Numbered from the stretch's first letter, positions 20,397 through 30,120 are shown. The stretch is DNA of 64,000 nt from Candidatus Versatilivorator sp. (GCA_965207735.1 OZ242296.1:2240001-2304000), one strand, 5' to 3'. Program-made: numbers and translations. The notes: generated by a model not told the origin, from the sequence alone.

Positions 20397-20530
20397 CTCT
20401 CTTCCCTTCCCCTTAGACCGAAGTTCCTCCCATTTTACACCCAAAAAATCGCCTTAAGCCATTTGTTTTCTTGGGGAAGAGGATTGAGGCGTGTGGAGTG
20501 TTGTTCCCATGTATATGATTAGCATTTATC

Positions 20531-20558
20531 TTGACATGATAGTTGTATGTGATATCGT
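20531..20558 (+). promoter_or_regulatory. Transposase promoter, probably giving a leaderless mRNA
   Basis: TTGACA, 16-nt spacer ending TGA, TATCGT; ATG 6 nt downstream with no SD. Confidence 0.6.
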
Positions 20559-20564
20559 AGTCCC

Positions 20565-22286
20565 ATGTACGTCGAAACCGTCCCCAACCGCAACTCTCCC
20601 CCTGCCATCCTCCTGCGCGAAGGCCGCCGTGAGGGTAAAAAGGTCCATAAACGCACCCTGGCCAATCTCTCCCATTGGCCCAAGGACAAGATCGAGCGCC
20701 TCCGGCGCGTGCTCAAGAACGAACCCCTGGTCCATCCCGACCAACTCTTCGCCATCGAACGCTCCCTGCCTCATGGCCACGTCGAGTTGCTGCTGGAAGT
20801 GGTGCGGCAGCTGAAGCTGCCGGCGCTGATCGATTCCCGACCCTCTCCCCAACGGGACCGGGTCTTGGCCATGATCCTGCAGCGTCTGCTCTATCCGGCC
20901 TCCAAGCTGGCCACCACCCGTCTTTGGCACACCACCACGTTGGGTGAGGAACTGTCCCTTGAGGACACCGACGAGGACGATCTCTATGAGGCCATGGACT
21001 GGTTGCTGGAGCGTCAGGACCGGATTGAGCGCAAGCTGGCCAAGCGGCACCTGGCGGAAGGGGATGCGGTGCTCTATGACGTCAGCAGCAGTTACTACGA
21101 AGGCCAGACCTGCTCGCTGATGCAGTTCGGCCACAACCGGGACGGCAGGCGGGACCGGCCCATGGTGGTCTACGGGGTGCTGGCCGACCAGATGGGGCGG
21201 CCGCTGTCGGTGCAGGCCTATGCCGGCAACACGGGGGATCCGACCACGGTGGGGGATCAGGTGGAGAAGGTGCGGGGTCGGTTTGGTCTGGAGCGGGTGG
21301 TGCTGGTGGGGGACCGCGGGCTGCTGACCGAGACGCAGATCAGCCATCTGAAGCGTCATCCGGGAGTGGGGTGGGTCTCAGCCCTGCGCCACCACCAGAT
21401 ACGCCGTCTGGTGGAGAGCGAGGCGGTTCAGCTCTCCCTGTTCGACGAGCGTCATCTGGCCGAAGTCCGCAGCCCGGACTATCCGGGCGAGAGGCTCATC
21501 GTCTGCCACAACCCGCTGCTGGCCGAGCATCGGCGGCGGAAGCGGGAGGCTTTGCTGACAGCCACCGAGGAGGCGCTGGCCGGAATCGCCCGCCAGGTGG
21601 CCAGACGGACCCGCACGCCCTTGTCGGCGACCGAGATCGCCGAGAAAGTCGGCCGGGTCAAGAACCGCTTCCAGGTGGCCAAACACTTCCGGACCCAGAT
21701 CGCAGACGGGTCCTTCCACTATGAACGGCGCACCGACGCCATCATCCGGGAGGCGCAACTGGACGGGTTCTACATGCTGAGGACCAGCGAGCCAGCCGAT
21801 CGCCTGCCAACAGCCGCGGTGGTGCGCCGCTACAAGGACCTGACGCGGGTGGAGCGGGCCTTCCGCTCCCTCAAGACCGTCGACCTGCACATCCGCCCCA
21901 TCCGTCATCGGGTGGAGAGCCGGGTGCGGGCTCATCTGTTCCTGTGCCTGCTGGCCTATTACGTTCAGTGGCATCTGCGGCTGGCCCTGGCTCCGTTGCT
22001 GTTCGATGACGAGGAGTTGGAAGCGGAACGGGCACGGCGAGACCCGGTGCTGGCGGCCCAGCCGTCGGACTCCGCCAAACGGAAGAAGAGCAAACGCCTC
22101 ACCGAGGACGGCTTGCCGCTGCAGAGCCTGGAGACGTTGATGGCGCAGATGGCGACGCGGGCCCGCCACCAGTGCCGATTGCCCTCCGAACCCGATGGTC
22201 CGCGAGTCCAGCGATTGACCGAGCCGACCCCGCTACAGCAAAGGGCCTTCGAGCTCATCAGGATGTTCCCAGGCAAGACAACCTGA
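20565..22286 (+). CDS. IS1634-family DDE transposase
   Basis: LYDVSSSYYEG, GHNRDGRRD, VLVGDRG, YKDLTRVERAFRSLKT..L.IRPIRH...RVRAHLFLC.LAY. Confidence 0.95.
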   Translation: MYVETVPNRNSPPAILLREGRREGKKVHKRTLANLSHWPKDKIERLRRVLKNEPLVHPDQLFAIERSLPHGHVELLLEVVRQLKLPALIDSRPSPQRDRVLAMILQRLLYPASKLATTRLWHTTTLGEELSLEDTDEDDLYEAMDWLLERQDRIERKLAKRHLAEGDAVLYDVSSSYYEGQTCSLMQFGHNRDGRRDRPMVVYGVLADQMGRPLSVQAYAGNTGDPTTVGDQVEKVRGRFGLERVVLVGDRGLLTETQISHLKRHPGVGWVSALRHHQIRRLVESEAVQLSLFDERHLAEVRSPDYPGERLIVCHNPLLAEHRRRKREALLTATEEALAGIARQVARRTRTPLSATEIAEKVGRVKNRFQVAKHFRTQIADGSFHYERRTDAIIREAQLDGFYMLRTSEPADRLPTAAVVRRYKDLTRVERAFRSLKTVDLHIRPIRHRVESRVRAHLFLCLLAYYVQWHLRLALAPLLFDDEELEAERARRDPVLAAQPSDSAKRKKSKRLTEDGLPLQSLETLMAQMATRARHQCRLPSEPDGPRVQRLTEPTPLQQRAFELIRMFPGKTT

Positions 22287-22459
22287 GATTCCTGATTGAT
22301 GATTGAAGATAAAGGAGTTATCTTGTCGGTGGGTCAGGAACTTCGGCTTAGAGCGTTTGAATCGCAAGAAAGTCGAAAGAGGCGTCGGGGATTGTGGATT
22401 TTGGATTGTAGGTTATCGATTTGGGGCGCATTCAGACGTCGTAGGTCCCAATCGACTGA

Positions 22460-23000
22460 TGGTCACTCACGGGACGTTGCGTTGGCCCCCCTCCGGATCG
22501 ACGGCGGGCTTCGCTTTCTCGCGACGCCGAGTCTGCCCCCCACCGGATCGACGGCGGGCTGCGCCCTTGTCTCTCCGACTCCCCCTCAAGGGGGGAGTGA
22601 TACTCGAGGCTTGCAGGGGGCGCCTTGCCCGATTGCTGGGCGGGGTGTAAACCATGTTCCCGGTCTAATGGGTAAACGTCGTTCTCGGTTAGTGCCCGCT
22701 ATCACTCCCCCCTTGAGGGGGAGTCGCAGAAGTCGAGCCGAATGGCGAAGGCTGATGCGGTGGGGGGCGGACGCCGGCGCGGCTTCGGGGCAACGCGTGC
22801 CGTTGAAGCAGGTCCGTCTCGCTTTGTGGCTCTACGAGTACTGCCGATTGCCACTTACGCGACGCCGCGTTGGCCCCCCTCCGGATCGACTGCGGGCTGC
22901 GCCCTTGTCTCTCCGACTCCCCCTCAAGGGGGGAGTGATACTCGAGGCTTGCACAGAGCGCCTTGCCCGATTCGCGGGCAGGATGTAAACCATGTTCCCG
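22460..23000. repeat. Family B array between the IS/gspI copy 2 upstream region and gspH
   Basis: Cores at ~22578, 22702 and 22916. Confidence 0.9.
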
Positions 23001-23043
23001 GTTTGATGGGTGGATATCTCTTTTTGTCCGAGGCACGACGTTG

Positions 23044-23547
23044 CTAATTCTCTTGTGGAGGGGCCTGCAGGATTCGGGGTGAGCGGCTGAAGGCCTGCTG
23101 CACCACTCGGAGGGAGCGGCCGCGGGCATTGACCAGCCGGATTTCGAGGGCCTGGGAGAGGCCGCTGGGAGCAAAGTAGAAGTCGGTGCGCTCGGGCGGC
23201 GGGCCCGGCCGAGGCGGGGTCCCGTCCAGCAGCAGCGCCTCCTGCAGGCGGACGCCCGGCGGAAGCTGAAAGGACCGCTGGAACTCCAGGTCCCCGCTGG
23301 CCACGGTCACCCGGCGCTGCTCCCGGTCCAGGCTCACCAGGTGAATCTCCTGGCTCCGGATGGCCCGGCCCCGGGCAAGTCGTAGGGCGGCCGCCACATG
23401 GCGGGCGGCGCTCTGCAGGCGCAGGGTCTGGATGCCGGCTCCGGCGACGGGCACGGCCACCGCCGTGATGATCCCCACCAGCACCAGCACCACCAACATC
23501 TCCAGCAGTGTGAAGCCGGCCCGGTTTCTTGTCGATGGGTGTGCCAT
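23044..23547 (-). CDS. gspH: Minor pseudopilin GspH/FimT-like
   Basis: MAHPSTRNRAG-FTLLEMLVVLV; LQSAARHVAAALRLARGRAIR; FYFAPSG. Confidence 0.85.
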   Translation of the reverse strand: MAHPSTRNRAGFTLLEMLVVLVLVGIITAVAVPVAGAGIQTLRLQSAARHVAAALRLARGRAIRSQEIHLVSLDREQRRVTVASGDLEFQRSFQLPPGVRLQEALLLDGTPPRPGPPPERTDFYFAPSGLSQALEIRLVNARGRSLRVVQQAFSRSPRILQAPPQEN

Positions 23548-23599
23548 TGAGGTCCTTGGCTGCGTTTCCGTGGCTTGCGATCGGCGTGTGCCCAACGCT

Positions 23600-24285
23600 A
23601 TTTGCTGTCGCCGCCTTCGCGGCTCGGCTCTCGCCGTAACCCTTTCCATGGGCTTACGCCCACGGCTACCTGCTGCCGCGGCTTCGCCGCTCGGCTCGTA
23701 ATGCCGATCGCCACTTTCGCGACGCCGCGTTGGACTCCCACTGGATCGACTTTGGGGCAACGGGTGCCGTTGAAGCAGGTCCGCCTCGCTTCGCGGCTCT
23801 GCGAGTACTGCCGATCGTCACTTACGGGACGCCGAGTCTGCCCCCCTCCGGATCGACGGCGGGGCAACGCGTACCGTTGAAGCAGGTGCGTCTGGCTTTG
23901 CGGCTCTGCGAGTAATGCCGATCGCCACTTTCGCGACGCCGAGTCTGCCCCCCTCCGGATCGACGGCGGGCTTCGCCCTTGTCTCTCCGACTCCCCCTCA
24001 AGGGGGGAGTGATACTTGAGACTTGCATGGGGCGCCTTGCCCGATTCCTGGGCAGGATGTAAACCATGTTTCCGGTTTAATGTGTAAACGCCGTTCCCGG
24101 TTAGTGCCCGCTATCACTCCCCCCTTGAGGGGGAGTCGCAGAAGCCGAGCCGAATGGCGAAGGCTGATGCGGTGGGGGGCCAACTCGGCGTCTCCGAACG
24201 ATAGCGCCGAATGGCGAAGGCTGATGCGGTGGGGGGCGGACTCCGGCGCGGCTTTGGGGGCGGGACGTCCGGGCTCCCGGGGAGT
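23600..24285. repeat. Family A plus family B repeat block between gspG and gspH
   Basis: Family A at 23604-23697; family B doublet at ~23990/24113. Confidence 0.9.
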
Positions 24286-24290
24286 GCCAA

Positions 24291-24767
24291 TCACCGCCAG
24301 CTCACCACGTCGGCGTTCTCGTCTTCCCCGCCCTCGCGGCCGTCGGCCCCGTAGGAGATGATGTCGGGCTGGTCCCCGTACTCTCCCGGGAAGCGGTAGA
24401 AGTACTCGTTGTTCCAGGGATCCAGCGGGATCTCTTTCTGCAGGTAGGGTCCGTCCCAGTTGTCGGCCGAGGTGGGCCTGACCCGCAGGGCCTGCAGCCC
24501 CTCCTCTGTGCTGGGAAAGATGCCCACCTCCAGCTTGTACTGGCCCAGGGCGCTCTGGAACATGGCGATCTGGGCCTTGGCGGCCGTGATCCTGCTCCGG
24601 CCCACGTTGCGGAACAGCCTGGGACCTACCAGGGCTCCCAGCAGGCCGATGATCACCATGACCACCAGCAGCTCGATGAGGGTGAAGCCCCTCTGCCGCC
24701 GGCGCTGGGACCGGGCGGCCGCCCCGGCCTGCGATGCGCGATCGGGTTCTATCCTTGGCGCCTTCAT
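24291..24767 (-). CDS. gspG: Major pseudopilin GspG
   Basis: QRG-FTLIELLVV; FPSTEEGLQAL, WDGPYL, PLDPWNNEY, IISYGADGREGGEDENADV. Confidence 0.97.
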   Translation of the reverse strand: MKAPRIEPDRASQAGAAARSQRRRQRGFTLIELLVVMVIIGLLGALVGPRLFRNVGRSRITAAKAQIAMFQSALGQYKLEVGIFPSTEEGLQALRVRPTSADNWDGPYLQKEIPLDPWNNEYFYRFPGEYGDQPDIISYGADGREGGEDENADVVSWR

Positions 24768-24825
24768 TGCGTTTCCTCCTCCCCGGATGCCTCCGGAGGA
24801 CATCCGAGCAACTCGAGTCTCTTCC

Positions 24826-26040
24826 TCAGACCGGCAATTCGTTGATGCTGACCATGGCCAGCACGGTTGAGATGACGATGCCACCGATAACCAGGCCCAT
24901 GACCAGGATCATGACCGGCTCGAACAGGGCGATGAAGCTCTTGACCGCCGCCCGTACGTCCTTGTCGTAGACCTCGGCCAACCGCAGCAGCATGGCGTCC
25001 AGCCTCCCTGTCTCTTCGCCCACCTCGATGAGATGGATGGCCAGGGGCGGAAAGACTTCGGCCCGCCTCATGGGACCCGCCACCCCTTCTCCCCGCTTGA
25101 CCCCCTCGGCCACCGTGCGGATTGCCTGGCCGATGACCCGATTGCCGCTGATCTCCCTCACGATGCCCAGGGCCTGCACCAGGGGAACGGCGTTGTGCAC
25201 CAGGGTCCCCAGGGTGCGGGCGATGCGGGCCATCTCCACCTTCTTCAGGATCTCGCCGATGCCCACGGTTCTCAGCTTGAGCCCGTCCCACCACAAGCGT
25301 CCCCACGGGCTGGCCAGCAAGCGGGAGAAGCCCATCCCCAGTCCGGCCAGGACCAGCAGGAAGACCCACCAGTAGCCCCGGGTGAACCCGCTCACCGCCA
25401 GCAGGATCTGGGTGGGCAGGGGCAGGGACTGCCCGGCCTCCTGGAAGATCTCGGCAAAGCGCGGAATGACGTAGTTCAGCAGCACCACGATGGAGGCAGC
25501 CCCCACCACGGTCAGCAGTGCCGGGTAGATTAGGGAGGAGATCAGGTAGCTCCTCAACTCGTCGGCCGACTGCTGGAACTCCACCAGCCGCTCCAGCACC
25601 AACGGGAGGGCGCCGCCGGCTTCTCCGGCCCGAACCATGTTGACGTAGAGCTTGGAGAAGACCCGCGGGTGGGCGGCCAGGCTGTCGGCCAGTGTCCTGC
25701 CCCTCTTGAGGTCCTGCAGGATCTCGTCGGCCAGGGCCTGCAGCTTCTTCTTGCTGGAGAGTTCCTTGCAGATGGCCAGGCTGCGGTCCAGAGGCAGACC
25801 GGAGCTGACCAGGGTGGAAAGCTCCTGGGTGAAGAACATCAGGTCGCGGGAACCGATGCCGCCCGGCCTCCAGGCGATCTCCATGTCCCAGATGCGCCGG
25901 CTGCGCCGCGTCCCCAGGTGGAGGGGGACCAACCCCATGTCCTGCAGCTTGACGGCGGCGGCCCGGTCGGTGGATTCCTCCACCACCCCGTTGACGATCC
26001 CGCCGTCCTTGCCGACTGCTCTATAGAAAAAGGTGGGCAT
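24826..26040 (-). CDS. gspF: T2SS inner-membrane platform protein GspF
   Basis: FTQELSTLVSSGLPL, YVNMVRAGEAGG, LIYP, VIPRF, VGEETGRLDAML. Confidence 0.95.
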   Translation of the reverse strand: MPTFFYRAVGKDGGIVNGVVEESTDRAAAVKLQDMGLVPLHLGTRRSRRIWDMEIAWRPGGIGSRDLMFFTQELSTLVSSGLPLDRSLAICKELSSKKKLQALADEILQDLKRGRTLADSLAAHPRVFSKLYVNMVRAGEAGGALPLVLERLVEFQQSADELRSYLISSLIYPALLTVVGAASIVVLLNYVIPRFAEIFQEAGQSLPLPTQILLAVSGFTRGYWWVFLLVLAGLGMGFSRLLASPWGRLWWDGLKLRTVGIGEILKKVEMARIARTLGTLVHNAVPLVQALGIVREISGNRVIGQAIRTVAEGVKRGEGVAGPMRRAEVFPPLAIHLIEVGEETGRLDAMLLRLAEVYDKDVRAAVKSFIALFEPVMILVMGLVIGGIVISTVLAMVSINELPV

Positions 26041-26094
26041 GACGCCACTACTCCACCGCATGTGCGGCTAGGTGAGCAAAGAATTCAAACGACA

Positions 26095-26425
26095 TGAATG
26101 AACATGGATGCACAGGATGCACAGGATTTTTTGTCATCGACCGCCTTGTCCCAGAAGCGGACATCGAGCGTGTCGTATCGCAAGAGTGAGCTTCCCGTGC
26201 AGTAGCGTCCCGTCCTGGTTATCCTGTTCATCCTGTTAATCCATGTTCTTATGTTTTTGATTAACATGGATGCACAGGATGCACAGGATTTTTTCTGGAA
26301 ACGGCTAGCCTGTTTACCTGAGCATCCGCAATCCCGCACCGGTTCATCGCCCGAGTGAGCTTCTCATGCAGCAGCCTCTCATCCTGGACATCCTGTTAAT
26401 CCTGTATATCCTGTGCATCGATGTT
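26095..26425. repeat. Family D 9-mer repeats (GATGCACAG / ATCCTGTTC) forming two inverted brackets
   Basis: aacatggatgcacaggatgcacaggatttttt at 26101 and 26263; atcctgttcatcctgttaatccatgtt at 26221 and a similar run at 26381-26424. Confidence 0.85.
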
Positions 26426-26482
26426 AAATAAATAGCCCGTCTCGATTGACCTGCCCCGTCGCGGGCGTGGCCACGCCCGCCG

Positions 26483-28177
26483 TTACACTTCCTGCGTTAC
26501 CCTTACCAGCTCTTCCAAAGTGGTGAGGCCGGTCATGACCTTTTCGAAGCCGTCCTCGCGCAACGTCCTCATGCCCCGCTGCCGGGCGTATTTGGCGATG
26601 ATGTTGGAGGCCTCGTTGGCCACGATCATGCGGCGGATCTCCTCGTCGGGCTGCATCAGTTCGAAGATCCCCTTGCGGTTCTCGTACCCTGTAAAGCCGC
26701 AGGCCTCGCACCCCTCGCCCCGGTAGAGTGTGACTTCGCTGCCGCCGTTGAGCGGGAACCCCAGGGAGTGCAGGCGGGCCGCATCCCCGGAGTAGCCCGA
26801 CTTGCAGCGCCGGCAGATGACCCGCACCAGGCGTTGGGCCAGCACGCCCACCAGGCAGGAGGACAGCAGGTAGTTCTCCACCCCCATGTCCACCAGCCGG
26901 GTGATGGCGCTGGGGGCGTCGTTGGTGTGGAGGGTGCTGAAAACCAGGTGGCCGGTGAGTGCCGCCCGGATGGCGATCTCGGCCGTCTCCAGGTCGCGGA
27001 TCTCCCCCACCATGATCACGTCGGGGTCCTGGCGCACGATGTGGCGCAGGCCGGCGGCGAAGGTCAGTCCGATCTGGGTGTTGACATGGATCTGGTTGAT
27101 TCCGTCCATCTGGTACTCCACCGGATCTTCGATGGTGATGATCTTCTTGTCGGCGTGGTTGATCCGCTTCATGGCGCTGTAGAGAGTGGTCGACTTGCCG
27201 CTGCCGGTGGGTCCGGTCACCAGCAGGATACCGTGAGGCAGGGCCGTCAGCGTCTCCATGGTGCCCAGGATGTCGTCGGGGAAGCCCAGGCGCTTCAGCT
27301 CGAAGCCGCCGGCGTCGCTCTTGTCCAGGATGCGCATCACCAGGCTCTCTCCGTAGAGGGTGGGCAGGGTGGAGACCCGCAGGTCGATCTCCTTGCCCAG
27401 CACCTTGAGCTGGATGCGGCCGTCCTGGGGCAGCCTCCGCTCGGCGATGTTCAGCTTGGCCATGAGCTTGAGGCGGGAGATGACGGCGGCCTTCAGTCGG
27501 GGCGAGGGAGAATCCATGGTGTGCAGGATGCCGTCGATCCGGTAGCGCACCCGGAAGTCCTTCTCGAAGGGTTCCAGGTGAATGTCGCTGGCCCGGCGCT
27601 CCACCGCCCGGGAGATCATCTGGTTGACCAGGCGGATCACCGGGACCTCGGAGGCCATGTCCCGCAGCTGCTCGATGTTCTCGGCAATGCTCTCGGACTC
27701 GTCCAGCCCTTCGCCCGATTCCTGGACCGTCTTGTCCCACTGGTCCGATCCCCCGTAGAGCCGTTCCAGGGCCTCGTCGATATCGGCATCCCGCCCCAGG
27801 AACACCCGGACCTCCAGCCCGGTGAACATGCGCAGGGAGTCCAGGGTGTCCTCATCGGAGGGGTCGGCCATGGCCACCGCCAGCACCCCGTCCTGCCGGT
27901 CCAGGGGCAGGATCCTGAACTGGCGCAGGAACTTGGGTGAGAGCTTGTCGACCATCAGGGGCACAGCCGGAAAGTCCTGGGCCGGGACGAGCTCGGCCTG
28001 GTGCTGGGCCGAGAGGGCGCCCAGCAGGTCCTGCTCGGAGAGGTATCCCAGGTCCAGCAGGATGCGGCCGATCTTGTCGCGACGCTCCCGCTGCAGGGCC
28101 AGCCCGTTCTGCAGCTCCGGGGGAGAGACCAGGTTCCGGTCCAGCAGGATCCGTCCAATGAGTTTGCGAGTCGCCAT
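26483..28177 (-). CDS. gspE: T2SS ATPase GspE
   Basis: ASDIHLEP, GPTGSGKS, TIEDPVE, RQDPDVIMVGEIRD, STLHTN, CRRC...CEAC; MshEN-like N-terminus. Confidence 0.97.
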   Translation of the reverse strand: MATRKLIGRILLDRNLVSPPELQNGLALQRERRDKIGRILLDLGYLSEQDLLGALSAQHQAELVPAQDFPAVPLMVDKLSPKFLRQFRILPLDRQDGVLAVAMADPSDEDTLDSLRMFTGLEVRVFLGRDADIDEALERLYGGSDQWDKTVQESGEGLDESESIAENIEQLRDMASEVPVIRLVNQMISRAVERRASDIHLEPFEKDFRVRYRIDGILHTMDSPSPRLKAAVISRLKLMAKLNIAERRLPQDGRIQLKVLGKEIDLRVSTLPTLYGESLVMRILDKSDAGGFELKRLGFPDDILGTMETLTALPHGILLVTGPTGSGKSTTLYSAMKRINHADKKIITIEDPVEYQMDGINQIHVNTQIGLTFAAGLRHIVRQDPDVIMVGEIRDLETAEIAIRAALTGHLVFSTLHTNDAPSAITRLVDMGVENYLLSSCLVGVLAQRLVRVICRRCKSGYSGDAARLHSLGFPLNGGSEVTLYRGEGCEACGFTGYENRKGIFELMQPDEEIRRMIVANEASNIIAKYARQRGMRTLREDGFEKVMTGLTTLEELVRVTQEV

Positions 28178-28198
28178 TCTATCTTGCCTGGAACCGGC

Positions 28199-28810
28199 TC
28201 AGAACTGGCTGATCCGCACCTGGCGGACCAGCTCTTCCATGGTGATCTTCCCCTCCCGGTAGTCGCCGACCGAAGCCGCCCCGGTCTTGAAGATCAACTG
28301 GGAGGGAAGGGGCCGCCGGGGGTCGCCCACGCCGTTGTAGAGGTGGACGATCACGGCAAGGGAGTGGTTGGTATTCAACTGTCCCAACAGGGAGCCGTGT
28401 TCGGCCACGGTCTGGCGGAGGCCTTGCTTGAGACGCTCCAACCGCTCCAGGGCCTGCTGGTGGGCCTTGTCCAGCTCCTCCCGGCTGTAGGGTTTGCGGC
28501 TGAAGGGTGTAATGGGTCGGATGTGGTAGAGGGTGGCCTCGGTGGAAAAGACGGCCCCGTAGTCCTCCAGGTAGGCACCCCTGGGAGCGCTGAGCATGAT
28601 GCTGCCATAGCTTCGCCGCAGGGTGTTTTCGATGACCGCCTGAAACTGCTCGATCTGGGCTCGAAGTTGAGCAGGGTCGACCGGCACGGGGGCCGGGGAG
28701 CCCTGGGTTTCGGAATCCGGCGGTGTTACAGCCGGATCGACCGGAGCCGCCGGCCCGGAAAGCGCCCAGCCGGCCGCCACAACCAGGATTGAAAGAAGTG
28801 TCTTGCTCAT
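28199..28810 (-). CDS. Hypothetical exported protein downstream of the sigma/anti-sigma pair
   Basis: Signal peptide; PRGAYLEDYGAVF; tight spacing between the anti-sigma gene and gspE. Confidence 0.7.
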   Translation of the reverse strand: MSKTLLSILVVAAGWALSGPAAPVDPAVTPPDSETQGSPAPVPVDPAQLRAQIEQFQAVIENTLRRSYGSIMLSAPRGAYLEDYGAVFSTEATLYHIRPITPFSRKPYSREELDKAHQQALERLERLKQGLRQTVAEHGSLLGQLNTNHSLAVIVHLYNGVGDPRRPLPSQLIFKTGAASVGDYREGKITMEELVRQVRISQF

Positions 28811-28837
28811 AAGCTGCTCCTCGAATTGCCTCCGAAT

Positions 28838-29536
28838 CTATTGGGCGACCGCATCCGCCGGACGGGGCAGGTAGCGATCGGCCACCGAGCCGATCAGCAC
28901 CTCGTTTCGGGCCGTCTCCTGGCGCGTGGCTTCCTGAAGCCTCAGCAGATAGCTCAGATCCGCGTTGACCTGCCGGAGGTCGACCGACCGCTGCTCCGTC
29001 CATTGGGACTCGACCCGGGCCACGGCCTTTCGGAGCCGCGCCTCCCAGGTCTCCTCCAGTTGACCGACCTGCCGGTCCAGCAGGCGGCGGAGCCGGGCCT
29101 CGACCAGGGCGCCGGAATCGCCGGCGGGCGCCGCATGCTGGAGGGCAGGCGGCGGGAGCTCGGGTCCGAAGGAGAGACGGAAGCTTCCCTGGCCGATCTC
29201 GACGCGGGCGTTCAGAAAGGAGAGGGTCCCCAGGCAGACCACCAGGCAGGCGGCCGCCGCCAGGCCCAGCCAGGCCAGGCGGGGCGGCTGGCGCCAGCCG
29301 AACCCGAAGCCGCCTGCAACGGCAGCCCTTCCCGGATGTCCGAAGGTCAAGGGCGCGGGGATGGGTTCCTCGGGCCAGGCGGACTTGAGCACCGAGGCCG
29401 TTTGTTCCAGCATCTCCAACTCCTTGCGGCAATCGGCGCAGTCGGCCAGATGCTTCCGGAGCTCCCCGGCCAACCGGGGATCGAGTTCTTCCCCGATCGC
29501 CTCGGGGAACAGTTCCCGGCAACGCTCACAAGTCAT
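28838..29536 (-). CDS. Zinc-binding (zf-HC2) transmembrane anti-sigma factor
   Basis: MTCERC...HLADCADC (HxxxCxxC), single TM and coiled coil; ATGA overlap with the sigma gene. Confidence 0.9.
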   Translation of the reverse strand: MTCERCRELFPEAIGEELDPRLAGELRKHLADCADCRKELEMLEQTASVLKSAWPEEPIPAPLTFGHPGRAAVAGGFGFGWRQPPRLAWLGLAAAACLVVCLGTLSFLNARVEIGQGSFRLSFGPELPPPALQHAAPAGDSGALVEARLRRLLDRQVGQLEETWEARLRKAVARVESQWTEQRSVDLRQVNADLSYLLRLQEATRQETARNEVLIGSVADRYLPRPADAVAQ

Positions 29537-30120
29537 GATTTCCTCCCTGGATCTTCGTTCAGGATAGTCTTGAGCCGGCTCAGCCCCAGGTACATCCGGG
29601 ACTTGGCGGTGCTCAGCGGACACCCTGCAATACCTGCAATCTCATCGAAGCGGAGTCCTTCGAATACTTTGAGGACCACCGCCTCCCGCTGCTCGAAGGA
29701 GAGCCGGTCCAGCGCCCCCTCCATCAACAGGCGAAGCTCGGCCGGCTCCAGTTCCTGCAGATCTCCCAGGCGCGCCGGCGACCGCTTCGGCTGAAGCGCG
29801 TCCAGGCCCTGCGGTCCCGGTCCTTCGCCGTCCTCGGCCCGGCGCTGCCTGGTGCGGAAGTGGGCCAGGCAGTAGTTGCGGGCGATGGTGAACAGCCACC
29901 CGGCGAACCGGGCAGGATCCTGGAGCCGGTCCAGTTGCTGAAAGGCCTTGAGAAAGGTGTCCTGGCAAACGTCCAGCGCATCCTCGCGGTTCCCTGTCAA
30001 GCGGAAGGCGTAGTTGAAGAGCCGCTTCTCCCATCGGCTCACCAGGAGATTGAAGGCGCCGGTGTCACCGCGAGCCGCTCTGGCTACCAGATCCTTATCG
30101 GTCAGTCGTACCAGCTCCAA
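29533..30120 (-). CDS. ECF sigma-70 factor
   Basis: DALDVCQDTFLKAF, FAGWLFTIARN, QREAVVLKVFEGLRFDEIA...STAKSRM. Confidence 0.95.
   Translation of the reverse strand: MELVRLTDKDLVARAARGDTGAFNLLVSRWEKRLFNYAFRLTGNREDALDVCQDTFLKAFQQLDRLQDPARFAGWLFTIARNYCLAHFRTRQRRAEDGEGPGPQGLDALQPKRSPARLGDLQELEPAELRLLMEGALDRLSFEQREAVVLKVFEGLRFDEIAGIAGCPLSTAKSRMYLGLSRLKTILNEDPGRKS

Larger units (their letters stand above)
20418..22346 (+). mobile_element. IS1634-family insertion sequence, 1929 bp
   Basis: TIRs CCGAAGTTCCT / AGGAACTTCGG; 6-bp TSD CTTAGA at 20412-20417 and 22347-22352; empty site at 19032-19037. Confidence 0.95.

Noticed and set aside
17608-24294. Family of small ORFs beginning MVYILPRNRARRP / MAKADAVGG
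   Set aside because: These are translations of family B repeats in several frames with inconsistent ends.
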